From assembly GCA_963693365.1 (NCBI GenBank), contig CAVNZM010000016.1:3065957-3129956 (forward strand): 64,000 nucleotides of DNA, given 5' to 3'. This DNA comes from Amoebidium appalachense (Eukaryota; Protista; Ichthyosporea). The translations under genes and the position numbers were made by a program. Every line of letters begins with the position of its first letter. The stretch's first letter is position 1. A model generated the notes under the pieces. It was not told where the DNA came from. It saw nothing but the letters and a program-made list of their open reading frames with translations, and did no database searches. Of the stretch, positions 13,986 through 26,277 are shown piece by piece.

Positions 13986-14495
13986 TAGAGAGAGAGAGAG
14001 AGAGAGGGAGAGACCCAGCAAGGTAATGGTAGGGTACCCGAGGGCGGGTGGGAGGTTGGGGGGGGGGGGCTGACTGATGCTGACCGGAATTCCGAAGATT
14101 CGGACATTTGGGCTTGCGTGCCAGCCGGGGAGTAATGTGGTGAGGGCTTCTGTTGGGGTGGGTGGCATGGGGCATGCAGTGGGTCGGCCATGAGGGGCAG
14201 AGCTTATTTGTGGGCACATGCAGGTGCATGGGATGGCACAGGGAGCATGAGGCTATGGTGTGGGCATGTGCAAGCAGTGTGCACGTGTCAGTACATCATG
14301 TGACACATGCACACGGTAGTGGTGGATGTGCAAGCAGTGTGTTACATGCACACATGCACCGGGTAGCAGTAGTTGTGCAATGCCCTGGCTGACTAATTGG
14401 GTCACAGCAACTTGGCCTCATGTGGTGTATTGTATAATCTTGTGCATCTGGTTCCCCTTCCGCCGCACTTCGTCCCCCATTCTCTTCACCCTTCG

Positions 14496-14527
<32 letters not shown>

Positions 14528-15846
14528 ATTTGGGGGGAGAGAAGGTTTTTTTTTTTTTTTTTTGAGAACATCCATCCAAAGGCGGCCTTCAACCCCACAT
14601 GTATAATTAATGTGAGGAAACACCCACTGCTCAGCAATGTTTACTCTCAAGCAAGTGCATGCAACTTCATTTGGCACCTACTCCCCGCCCCTTCCCCTCT
14701 CTTCAACCCTTTCCCACGCACATCACCACACCGGCACGCCATGTGTCACAGTACATACACGGTGTGGACACTCCCATGGGGATGTCTGAGATAGGCATAG
14801 ACGTCTGTGTGTGGCATCATTTCAGGGTGGTGAGGGGGAGGGGGGACTAGGGTCGACTGTTAGATCAGGACATCTACTGGTGGTATGCCCCTATGTGGCT
14901 GCAAAGACAGATATATCTGTTGGTGTTTGTTTGCTGCCCAATCCATGCCTGCAAGGACGCCCACACACACGGCAACCTTTCCCCATCAACTCCATACTCC
15001 CGTCCCCTGCCCTCATCCCTTCCCCCCCCCCCCCTCCCCCCCCCCCCCCCCCCCCCCCCTCCAACCCCCAACCCCACCTGTTCCCCCCACCTCCACCCGG
15101 CCTCATGTTTGGTCTCGCCTGCCCCCCTCCCCTCCCCAACCCACACCCCTCCCCCCTCCTCCCCCTCGCCAACCCCCCCACACCCCCTCCCCCTCTTCTC
15201 CACTGATAAGGCTCTGTCTTTTATGCCAGCAACCACACATGGAATATGGCCAGAGGGGTTTGGAGAGGAAGGTGTGTGTTGGTGTGTGTGTGGGTGTGTG
15301 TGTTTGGGGGGGAGGGGGGGCAGGGGGGGGGGGGGGGGGTGGTAGAGAGGGGGGAGGGTGGGGTAGTATAGAAACGGGGGGGGGGGGGGGGGGGGGGGGG
15401 CTGCCCAACTGCAAATTGGTTGTCTTCCTTCCCCCTTCCCCCGACTCCCCCCTCCCCCCTCCTTCCGGGGTGATCGATTGGGGTGTTTTTCCCACAATCC
15501 TATTATACCGTGCATGCAGGCACCGCGGTGCAGCCACAAAGGATCCAGCTTGTCGACAAACGTTGACGGCAAGCCCACATGTACACACTGCACATGCATT
15601 GCAGCGTCTGAAGTCCAAGAAAAAAATCCGACAGAGCCCAAAACCGCGCACCGGATTGTTGTACTACGATTGCCTTGTTATAATACTTTAAGTGAGAGGT
15701 GATTGTAGGCTTTATCCTTTTCATTCATTGAGCCTGGTTGGGCTTCAATAAATCCTTTTTAAATGGACTTAGTGCACGCGCCACACACGCACTCGTGGTA
15801 CACACCCACCCACCCACACACCCACACACCCACCCACCCACCCACC

Positions 15847-15968
<122 letters not shown>

Positions 15969-16586
15969 CACGGATTAACACACGTGCGCACACATTATAC
16001 ATACACACAAACACACACCACACACTTCTGATTCAATAAACAAACCGTGCCACTGATACAAATTAGACCGTCCCCCCCCCTCCCCGCCCCGCCCCTTTCC
16101 CTCATTAATAACCCCCAAATACCCACACGCACACATACCTTCTAGTCCACACACGAAAAAAGGTCCCCCGGGAGGAGGGGGGGGGGGGGGGTTGGGCAGG
16201 AAGCTAGGGGGGTGGGGGGGGGGGGGTATGTGTAGGTGCACACACGGGCTGCCATGCACTTGTGTACAACATCCAGTTGCCATGCCGCCTGTACGCTGGC
16301 AGAGAAAGGAACAAGTTCATGACCACACATCATATGCGGCATGTGTACATAATCTCAAATAGGTGGATGATGAGGCACCCAAAAACCCTTCTAAATAATC
16401 GCCACATTTTTTTTTCTCCCCGCAAGTTTTTGTCTAGGGGACCATCATGTGTTTCCGGCTTGTGGGTTTTATGATTCACTCCCCCGTAGGGCAGGGCTTC
16501 CCTTCTCTTCTCTGAAGTTCAAGTTTTTTTTTGGGGGTGTCTGTGTGTGTGTTTCTGCATGTGGGCCAAGCCGACATTGTGTGTGT

Positions 16587-16617
<31 letters not shown>

Positions 16618-16788
16618 GGGGGGGGGGAGGGGGGAGGGGGGGGGGGGGGGGTAGGTGTTGTGGTACGTTTCCTACGGGTGGCAGCTCTAGGTTTGTGGTT
16701 TTTGTGTGATTGAGTTTTGGGTAGAGGTCTGGTTACACACACACACACTTAAATGCAGGCATGCGGACACACCATGACCTACAAAGTG

Positions 16789-16825
<37 letters not shown>

Positions 16826-17497
16826 TTCCCCCCGGGCCTTCCCCCTTTCCTTCCGGCGCATTTTTCTAGGCTGTTCACTAAGAGGTATGTATATTTGGAA
16901 GAAAGAGTGGGGAGGGGGCCAGGCTTGGGGGGAGGGGAAGGGAGAGTGGGTGGGAGGGTGGGTGGGGGGTGGGTGGGGGGGTGGGGGAGGGGGAACAGGG
17001 GAGGGGGAGGGGGGAGGGGGGGGGGGCTGAGAGGGGAGGAAGGAAGCAGGCTGATGTGTGCGGCACTGGCCAAATTGTGGGCAAGCCAATGCGCACGATG
17101 ATGCCGCGCATGCTTGGACTGCGTGGAATCTTAATAATGTGTCCAACAGTATCAAGACTGCAGACATTGTGTGTAGCACATTGGCTTTTAAAAGTAGAGG
17201 TTTTATTTTTTATTCTTTGATTGTTGGTTTTTTCAGGTTTTTAGTTGTACCTATGAATGTTAGGTGAACTTTGTCTTATGTACGTTTTATGCTTATAAAT
17301 GTACGCACCACACACACACACACCTTTGCATCACTTCAAATTTCAGTGTTTCTTACAGTTGTTTTGTAGTTTATGCTATGGTGGTCACAAATGCTTGTAC
17401 ATCACCGTGTGAATTCTGCCAACAAAAGTTATGCAAAGGGACCAGGGTGACACCAACTCGTGTACGTGGCTATGTACACACACGCACGTACACACAC

Positions 17498-17611
<114 letters not shown>

Positions 17612-18018
17612 TACACGCACATGCGCACACACGCACACAGACAGGCTCGTAACACAAAAATGCACCTACGCAGCGTTGCACAGTGACACACACGCACACC
17701 GGAAACACAAACACACGACTCGTGACACACGTCAAAATCCACACGTGCACACAGACATGACTGCACACACACGCACAAAAGCGTGCATAAGCTACTATCT
17801 GAGTCTAATGCCCGTGTCCGGGCGCTTGCACTGTGCGAATTCTCCAACCCATGGGGCGCGCACACACCGCGAAAGTTTTTATTGGTAGTAACCAAGCAAA
17901 AACGTCTGTTTCTTCTTTAAAGCACTTGAGGTTACTTAAAAAGTGTTATCTGCTGCCACCGTAGTGAGCTTGAAATTTCACCATGGCCATGGCCAGTGGC
18001 ATTTGTAAATTCACAGCC

Positions 18019-18055
<37 letters not shown>

Positions 18056-18085
18056 TTCCCCCCCCTCACTTCTCCCCCTCACTTC

Positions 18086-18132
<47 letters not shown>

Positions 18133-18617
18133 TGCGTGGCCACCCCCCGCGGCCATCCTGCCTCGGTAGCCCCTAGCTAGAGTCTGAATTTTTGTGAATG
18201 TATCTTCCTATGCATACATGATCCTGGTTGACCCCTGTACACGGCCATCGTCTTGAACAAGATGGCCGTGTGTATGATCAGCATGTATCAGATGTATTTA
18301 CATTATAATCATGTATGCATATGCAGAACAAAAACGTGTACAAACAGTGGCACTGCGCATGCGCATGCCAAACGGAGTGGCACCTCGGGAATAGATGTGA
18401 CAATGCCTCGTCGGTCATAGAGGTGGCTTTGTACACGTGCAAGGGCACAAGCACTGTGTGCATGCACGGGAGGTGAGTCGGGGGACTGTCGGACTCGGTC
18501 AGGCGACTATGTACTCCAACCAAGTCAAGGTGTAGCACGTGCAGATAGCTCGTGCAGAAATATTTCAACAAAAGATGAACACGAATGTCATGACCTTGTG
18601 ATCCCGCACAACAAGTC

Positions 18618-18784
18618 CAGGGTTTGCCTTACGAATCGTATCGACCCAAAATACGATTTAGAAAACCCCGCAATACGATTAAAAGTGGGCATCCAATTAG
18701 TAAATGCGACCCTGGAGGTTGTCAAAATGCTCAGAATTTCCCCAAATACGATTAATTAAGAGCGCCAAACCCAGGCAACCCCTG
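18618..18784. mobile_element. hAT-like MITE, 167 bp
   Basis: 12-bp TIRs CAGGGTTTGCCT / AGGCAACCCCTG (1 mismatch). Perfect 8-bp TSD AACAAGTC at 18610-18617 and 18785-18792. Internal AATACGATT repeated three times. Confidence 0.85.
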
Positions 18785-18807
18785 AACAAGTCAATTCATT
18801 CGCACGC

Positions 18808-18945
18808 ACCTATTGGTTGTAGAGCTTTAGACTCTGTGTTGCTATTGGCTTTTGATCTGACACCTATATTACGTCGCTTTTGAATGGCTATAGGTCATAA
18901 ATAAACAATGGGCGTACCATATTTGGCTCACGTGAGCCAACACCG
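18808..18945 (+). promoter_or_regulatory. Putative peroxiredoxin promoter
   Basis: ATTGG at ~18812 and ~18844, an AT-rich TATA-like stretch near 18889-18905, and a perfect 18-bp palindrome TTGGCTCACGTGAGCCAA at 18923-18940. Confidence 0.5.
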
Positions 18946-18996
18946 CGGCGTACAAAAACCCGCCTATCTTTTTTTTTCCCCCCCTCGTTTGACAAC

Positions 18997-19577
18997 ATGT
19001 TCGCTGTTCGTCCCCTATCTGCAGTAACCCGCTCAGCGCGTTCTTTCCACGCTACAGCCGCCACCATGGTCAAGGTATGCTCGTAAAACACACACGGTTG
19101 ATGTGCATGCTGCCTATGCCTGCTAGACTGTGCGTGGCAGGTGTGTGCATGTGCGTGTTGTGGTGCTGACAGGGCGCTACAGGTCGGAGACAGCCTGCCC
19201 GAGGCAACCCTCTACAAGGACACCCCGGGTGGTGCTGTCAAAGTGCGCGAGCTCTGCGCAGGCAAGAAGGTATGTGTGTCTAGAAGGGGGGGGGGGGGGG
19301 GGGTATGGCGTGGTGGTGGGGGCAAAATAAGGGGGAGGTAAGGGGTTAAGGGGGAGAGGGGGGGGGGGGAGGGGGGGAGGGGGGCAAGGGAGAGAGCAGT
19401 ATCTTGCAAACAGCTTTTTACTCGGGGTGTGGGTGCTGCTTTGGGCACGTTAGCAGAGAGAATCGTCCGTTTTTGAATAAAGCCACGGAGCGGGATTTAT
19501 TGGTGGGGAATAGGAGAGGGAGAGGGATGGTAGTTGGGGTGTTTCATGGAGTCAGACTCTCGCCAAAAGTCGAGAGA

Positions 19578-19608
<31 letters not shown>

Positions 19609-19893
19609 AGGGGGGGGGGGGGGGGGCGGGGTGGAGGAGGCTGAAGTTTGCACAACAGTACGAAAAACAGGGTTGATTGGCGCTGGCCGATCTTTCTTCT
19701 CCTAGCTGCAAGTTCACTGGTGGGCTGCAGGTTGTGTTTTTCGGCGTGCCGGGTGCCTTCACCCCCGGCTGCAGCAAGACACACCTGCCCGGGTTTGTTG
19801 CCGATGCTGACAAGTTCAAGGCCAAGGGGGTGGATGCCATTGCCTGCGTGTCCGTCAATGGTGCGTGCATACTCGTACAGCTGTGGCTCCTTA

Positions 19894-19924
<31 letters not shown>

Positions 19925-20914
19925 CGGCCTGTCACCGGCCTGTCACCGGCTTGTCACCGGCCTGTCAGATCCTTTTTTATGCTCCCCCCCCCCCCCCCCC
20001 CCCGTCTTGTCAAGTCCCTTTTTTTATCCCCCCCCCCCCCCCCCCCCTTCACCCCCCTCTTCCGGATCCCTTTTTGTGCACACACCCCCCCCCCCCTCTC
20101 CCCCTGCCGTCACATCCCCGTCTATACCCCCCCCCCCCCCCCTCCCCCCCCCCCCCCCCCTCCAAAAGGGGCCCTCAGATCCCTTTTTATGTGCTGCTTC
20201 TTATTCTGCACTCCTCATTGAAGCCCAAAGGCCGTGTCCCTAGCGAATCTATCTCCCTGTTGCTTCACTTGGACCATTCCCGTCCCCCCCTCCCCCTCCC
20301 CCCCCCTCTCTCCGTGGCCGCTGCTGCTTTTTGGCGTTGGTTTGTTGGTTTGGTGGAACAATAGTGGGAGGGAAGATGAGGGGATGGGGGAACGGGCAAG
20401 TAGGGGGAACGGGAATGAGGGAGAGGCATAGAGTGAGAGTGAGAGTGATAGAGAGAGACAGCAGGATAGCCTTTTACAATATTCAGGCTTTCTGTATCAA
20501 TATGAAAGGGTGGGTGGGGTCAGGAAATAAGCAAGAGGAGAGACACCCTTGCGCACACTCGGCTGACCGGTGGGTACAGATCCTTTCGTGATGGCCGCAT
20601 GGGGAGAGGCACAGGGCGCCGGTGACAAGGTTGGTGCCTGTCTTTGTGTTCCTTTTGGGGCCCAAGTAGTTGGTTCCTATTGGGGCCCAAGTAGTTGGGG
20701 GGGCTGTGTGAGTGCGTTGGTGTGACAGCATGGCGAATTATGGAGCAAGTGAACGTATGTGTACAGCTGGCTTTGTGGGTGCCTTCATTAAGACCGTTTT
20801 TTGTGTTTGCCGTGGTGTGGCAGAAATGTTCGTTGGACGAAAGCAGAAGATATGGAGACGAGGGCATGCTTTTCTTTTTTCCCCTATTTTTTTTATTTGC
20901 CATTAGGTGGTATT

Positions 20915-20960
<46 letters not shown>

Positions 20961-20993
20961 TGTGCGTGTGCGTGTGTGCGTGTGTTGTTGTTG

Positions 20994-21048
<55 letters not shown>

Positions 21049-21345
21049 GGGGGGGGGGGAAGGGGTGGGGCATGGGAGGGGAAGAAAAAACGGCAAGCAC
21101 GTCTTTGTTACTTCTTGGTTTACGTGCTGATGATCTCTTTTCAGGTGCTGATGCTTGCCGACACCACGGGTGCGTTTGTCAAGGCGCTGGACCTTGCCTT
21201 TGACGCCACCCCCGTGCTTGGCAACGTGCGCAGCAAGCGCTTCAGCATGATAGTCGAGGACAACGTGGTCAAGGTCATCAACGTCGAGCCCGACAACACA
21301 GGCATGACCTGCTCCTTGGCCAACCCACTCATTGCCCAGCTATAA
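18997..21345 (+). CDS. PRDX5: Peroxiredoxin-5-like (atypical 2-Cys Prx), 181 aa, with N-terminal mitochondrial-type presequence
   Basis: Exons 18997-19074, 19183-19269, 19731-19860, 20580-20629 and 21145-21345, all GT-AG and phase-consistent. Active site [19 protein letters not shown], plus [24 protein letters not shown] and resolving Cys in GMTCSLA. Ends in AQL. Confidence 0.95.
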
Positions 21346-22566
21346 ATAGGGCTGTGTGCTATGTATAAATAGGTGGTGGGCGTCTGCTGTGTGCTGCAGG
21401 CAGCATGCACGGTGCCTGGTGTATACGTACTGGGCCGGCAAGGGCCGGTCGTGTGAATAAATAGAAATAGGCCGTACAGTGGCCATATATGTGCTTCACC
21501 CTCGCTTCCCCTCCATGATAAAGGACCGCAATCACATGTCCTTGCCACCTAACATTTGTTTGCTCGGCGCTTCCCAATGCCTCCTAAAGGAGTGCTATTT
21601 AGCAAGCCTTGGCGCTACCGACCATGGTGACGAAGCAAAATGGAAGCAGCTGCCTCGGAATACACCTACATGTCTTCTGTGTGACTTCCTCCTGCCCCTA
21701 GGATTACAAGAGAAGACGCGGTTTGCAGACAAGCACGCGCGCGCGAAAGGGGGGGGGGGGGAGGGGTAGTTCTCTGAGCAGTCGGCAGACTAAAATAGTA
21801 TCGGGGTGGGGAGGGGACGGGAGGAGTGCAATAGTCTCAGAGAGAGCGAGCACGAGAGATAGAAAGGTACACGTCACTGCCGGCCCGAACCTTTGAGAGA
21901 AAGAAGAAATCGAACTGCTTTTCACAAGTCTTCGAGGGACAACACTGCCTGTGTCTGAAATTGGTCTATATATCGATAATCATTATAACAGCAAAAGAGA
22001 GCGTCATCGCCCTACGCACACTTCATGCATTTTGCCAGGTTTTGCGCCATGGATGTGTAATTCGTTGTGTAAAGGGTGTGTTTGTATGACTGATTTGCCA
22101 GTGCAGGCCAGAAAGGCAGGAGGGCACAACATACAAAAAACTGTGTGTATTATTGGCGTCTTGATGCGGAAGTTCTTAACTAGCTTCGTCAGCTGAGAAA
22201 CTATTTCGCTGCTTAACTTGAAAAACGGCTACCCTGAAGCCAAAACAAAGGGGCCAAGAAAAAGGAGGCGATCATGAAAAAAGAAATATAAAATGATTTC
22301 GCCTGCGCACTGCGCACGAAGAAACCATTCCAAAGTGTGATACTATCTGTTTTTATGGGCGCTCAATTCTAGTTGCTGGCTGCAAGAGAACGGGTCCACC
22401 AGCGCTACTTCGAGTCAGGTGCACACATGGCTGTTCTAAAGAGGGAACAATAACCCCACTGAGCTAACACTATAAAAAAGTTTCTGTACAAAAAAAGAGC
22501 AGCTGCTATATCCGTCTCACGTGGTGCGCTGGCCCGTGTCTCTGAAACACACCTTCTCCCTCCGCA

Positions 22567-22887
22567 TTAAATGCCGAATCCGCCGGCAGCGCCGCCATCA
22601 ATTCCAACTTCTTGGTTTTGCTCCACAGCCGTGACAAAGTCAAACTTCCCGTTGGGCATCAGGTCAAGGTTCTGCTGTTCGTTGGCTGTGCGTACACCCA
22701 GCGAGTTGATGATGCCAAACTGCGCATACACATCATAGCCTGCTGCACGCAGCTCGGCGGCACGGGCGTTCACGTCACCGCTGACGGTGACAATGTAGTC
22801 GTTGGGAATGGCGTCGCCCTTCATGGCGAAAGCGTGGCCCAGAGCCAGAGCACACACAACGGATGCGAAAAACCCACGCACGTTCAT
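22567..22887 (-). CDS. Small secreted protein with a subtilisin-propeptide / peptidase inhibitor I9-like domain, 106 aa
   Basis: Signal-peptide-like N-terminus (MNVRGFFASVVCALALGHAFA), then I9-type motifs IPNDYIVTV and VTAVEQNQEVGI. Strong GC3 codon bias, intronless. Confidence 0.75.
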   Translation of the reverse strand: MNVRGFFASVVCALALGHAFAMKGDAIPNDYIVTVSGDVNARAAELRAAGYDVYAQFGIINSLGVRTANEQQNLDLMPNGKFDFVTAVEQNQEVGIDGGAAGGFGI

Positions 22888-25137
22888 AGTGATTGAGCAG
22901 GCAGTTGTATCTATAGTGGGGTGTAAATAATGCGGTCGGCTAATTATTCTGCGCCCAAATGTTTCGTTACCGTTTCTCTCTTTCTTTTTTCTGGGGGTGA
23001 AAGGTGACGCTATGTGCTGAAATTTTGTCTGTCTGACGGTCTGTCTGCCGTACAGGCTCAGACTGGCATCAGGCGCGCACCGGTTAAACGATTCACCAAT
23101 CAGCTAGATCCGTTAAATTTTGTAACGCATGCCAGGCATACCATCACAATAAAGATATGTACGCTGACGTCATCGCGATACAACAACATGGTGCCACGCA
23201 TTGGCAACTAACCGTTAGGATCTCATCTCACCTGCTACATAACATACATTTTCCTGTATGCGGGTAGCCCTACGTATGCGGCTACGTAGGTGCCGGTCAT
23301 CCCCTCTAGACGATCCAGGAGGCTGTGGCGGGGTTTACACACTTTTTATTGCACTACGGACATGATAGTTGCAGCTTTGGATAGCTCTCGGCACGGGGAT
23401 CACGGGGATATAAGCTTTTCCCCGCTATCTTCAATATTAGGGGGGTGATGACTTCATCAGCGTCATTTGTGTGTCACTGTTGCCAAAAAATTTGGAGGCT
23501 CTGAGCACGCGTGGACGGTGTTTTTACGCGCTGTGTGGAAGTCACTGGAAAGGAAGGGGTTCTCTCAGACTGGGACTTGCTCGCTGCCCACAGGCTGCTT
23601 TTCCGGGTCTTATGTGTAGCTACTAGAGATGGTTATAGTGTACCAATCGCGGCGGTCGCATTATTTTCAAGGATTTTCTTATTGGATTTCCGCGAATACT
23701 GGAAATTCGTGATTGGATACCAATTATCCAATAGCATAATTTCCCCTTTTAGACCCAATCGTTTCGTAAATAAATCGCCAGCAACCAGCGGCAATTCAGG
23801 CTCCGCGTTCGCATACCATTCTCCTCACCGCTCAGACGAGCGCTGTGCAGTGTTGTTGGCAAGTCCATACGTGTTTCTTTGTTATGGTCTGGTGGTTGAG
23901 TCTGACGCGTCGATCCCTGACTGGTGCGACACAACTTAACATAGTATGCTGTATGTTTTTTCAGCGCTTGTGCTTTAAATTCTCTTTTTTACTATGTCAT
24001 TTTTTTCCCTGGTGACTGACGGATGAATGTTTCCATGTTTTGCTTAGCGGGTATTTTTTGTTACTGCGCCACCCTTTTACCCTGTACCACTGAGCTCATC
24101 TTCTAGCTTGCTAGAGATAGTTCGCTCCCTCGCGCGAGTACAATGTTAATGGCGGCTTATAACATTCATTTAAGAAATTAGAGCGCCTGATGGTGCACAT
24201 GTGCGTGCCAGGCTGCAGCCTCAGCTGTAACGGTGCGTGTCTTTTTATTAGGATCTGCCCCCGCTCCTTCCCGTTTTTTCGCTCTCTCGCCCTCCCCCCC
24301 CCCCTCCCCCCCCTCCCCCCCCGCCCGCCCCCTCCTCACCTCCCCTCTTCCCGCTGCACCCCCCTAACTCTATTCTCTCCTTTCTCCCCCCCCAGCCACC
24401 CCCCACCCCCCACCGGCCCCACCTCACTTTTTTTCCCCCGTGTTAAAATCCTTATCAGCCCCCATAAGGAACTTCCGGTTTCTCAAGTTGGCATACCCCG
24501 TAATAGCCTTCGCGTGTTTAATATCATCCCCCTGCTTCGCTCATCCTTGGACGTCTCCACCCCCCCCCCCCCCCCCCCCCTTTCTCTCCCTCCCCTCTCG
24601 CTGTCTCTCTCTCTCCCCCCTTTTTACTCTCCCCCTTCACCTTTCCCCCTCGCCCTCTTACCTCGCCGTCTTTCACCCCCCCCCTCCCCCCCTCTTTCAC
24701 CCTCGCCCTCCCTTCTAGCCCCTGGTATGCAACGATCAAATGAACGTGTAAGTTCTTGCATGCAGTGTTGTAAGTGTTTGTGAGGCCTGTAACGGTTAAT
24801 TGAACGTGTAGGCTCGTGAATAAGTGATCTGGCAGGCCCTTGCCTTTGGTTTTAAGCATGTACGTGCATGCACTACTTTAGATGGCTGTGAATTTGTGCT
24901 CTTGCAGTAAGGTGCACGTGTTTGCTCGGCTACCCTCTCTAGTCTCTGGTCTCTTTGGCATGTTGTGCGTGTTGTTGCATGTTGTTCCTGTCTGCTTGTT
25001 AGTGCGCAACTCTGTGTACACAGGCTGGTGTAGCTTAATAATCCCTTGCCCCCTCCCCCCTCTCACAACTACCATTATCACACACACACATCCCCAACTA
25101 CCACCATGGTCACTTGTATTGTTACCACGCACACACA

Positions 25138-25192
<55 letters not shown>

Positions 25193-25671
25193 CCAGACTT
25201 CCCTCCCCTCTCCCCCTGTCCGCCTGCCTCAACTTCTCTTACCGATGTTACGTTCCGTTGTGTTTCCTTTCTCATTATATTTGGCACTGGTTTATTCATC
25301 AGTAAGAATCCAACCTGCTTTTGCTCAAGCCTCGACTGATTTGTCTCGTCGTCCTCTTTCTCTCGTCCCTCCCTTCCCCCCCCCCCCACTCCACTCCACC
25401 CTCTTCTTTTCCCCCTTGAAACCTTAATCCCTGCCCTGGTACCCCCCTCTCGCCCTCCCTTCCCCTAGCCCTTTTCCCCGGGGCTGCCCCCTCCCCGCCT
25501 GTCCTGTTCGTCTTACCTCGTCCCACAACCCCTCTAATCCCCCTCCTCTTGTTTATAGTTCCTTTCCTTCCACACATTTACCTCTCCCCTTCTCCCCCCC
25601 CCCCCCCCCCTCAAACCCCCCCCCCCCCCTCACACACATACACACACAATACACATACACACACACGCACA

Positions 25672-25786
25672 CATCCTCCACGCCATCCTTTCTTCGATTT
25701 CTCTTTTGCCCCCCGTTGTTCTCATCTAGGGATCGACACTCGGCGCAGCACACACACACGCACACAAACACGCACGCACACACATG

Positions 25787-25842
<56 letters not shown>

Positions 25843-25873
25843 AACCAACCAACACACACACACACCGGCAGCC

Positions 25874-25905
<32 letters not shown>

Positions 25906-26046
25906 ACAACACACACACCTCACCAAATCCCTTCTTGACCCTTTTGAGTCACACACACACACACACACACGTCCTCCACACCGTCCTTTCTTCGATTTCC
26001 CTTTTGCCCCCCGTTATTCTCATCCAGGCACTGACACTCGGTGCAA
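25672..26046. repeat. Two diverged copies of a ~77-bp unit embedded in (CA)n tracts
   Basis: …TCCTCCAC…TCCTTTCTTCGATTTC…TTTTGCCCCC…TTCTCATC…GACACTCGG… at ~25672-25748 and ~25970-26046. Confidence 0.8.
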
Positions 26047-26236
26047 CACACACACACACACACACACACACAAACCCACACACACCGAAGCACACATTCC
26101 CGTCCCCCCCCTTTCCATGGGGCTGTCCCCACTGCACCCTGCAGCTGTTCGTTTTGTTACTTAAGCACTCTCTCCCCCTATCCCTGTCATGTGGTTATTC
26201 GTTAACTTTCCTTCATGCTCGTTCCATATACTCGTC

Positions 26237-26277
<41 letters not shown>

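Noticed and set aside
18278-18571. 97-aa minus-strand ORF
   Set aside because: No recognisable motif or codon bias. It may belong to the decayed relic region but cannot be supported as a gene.
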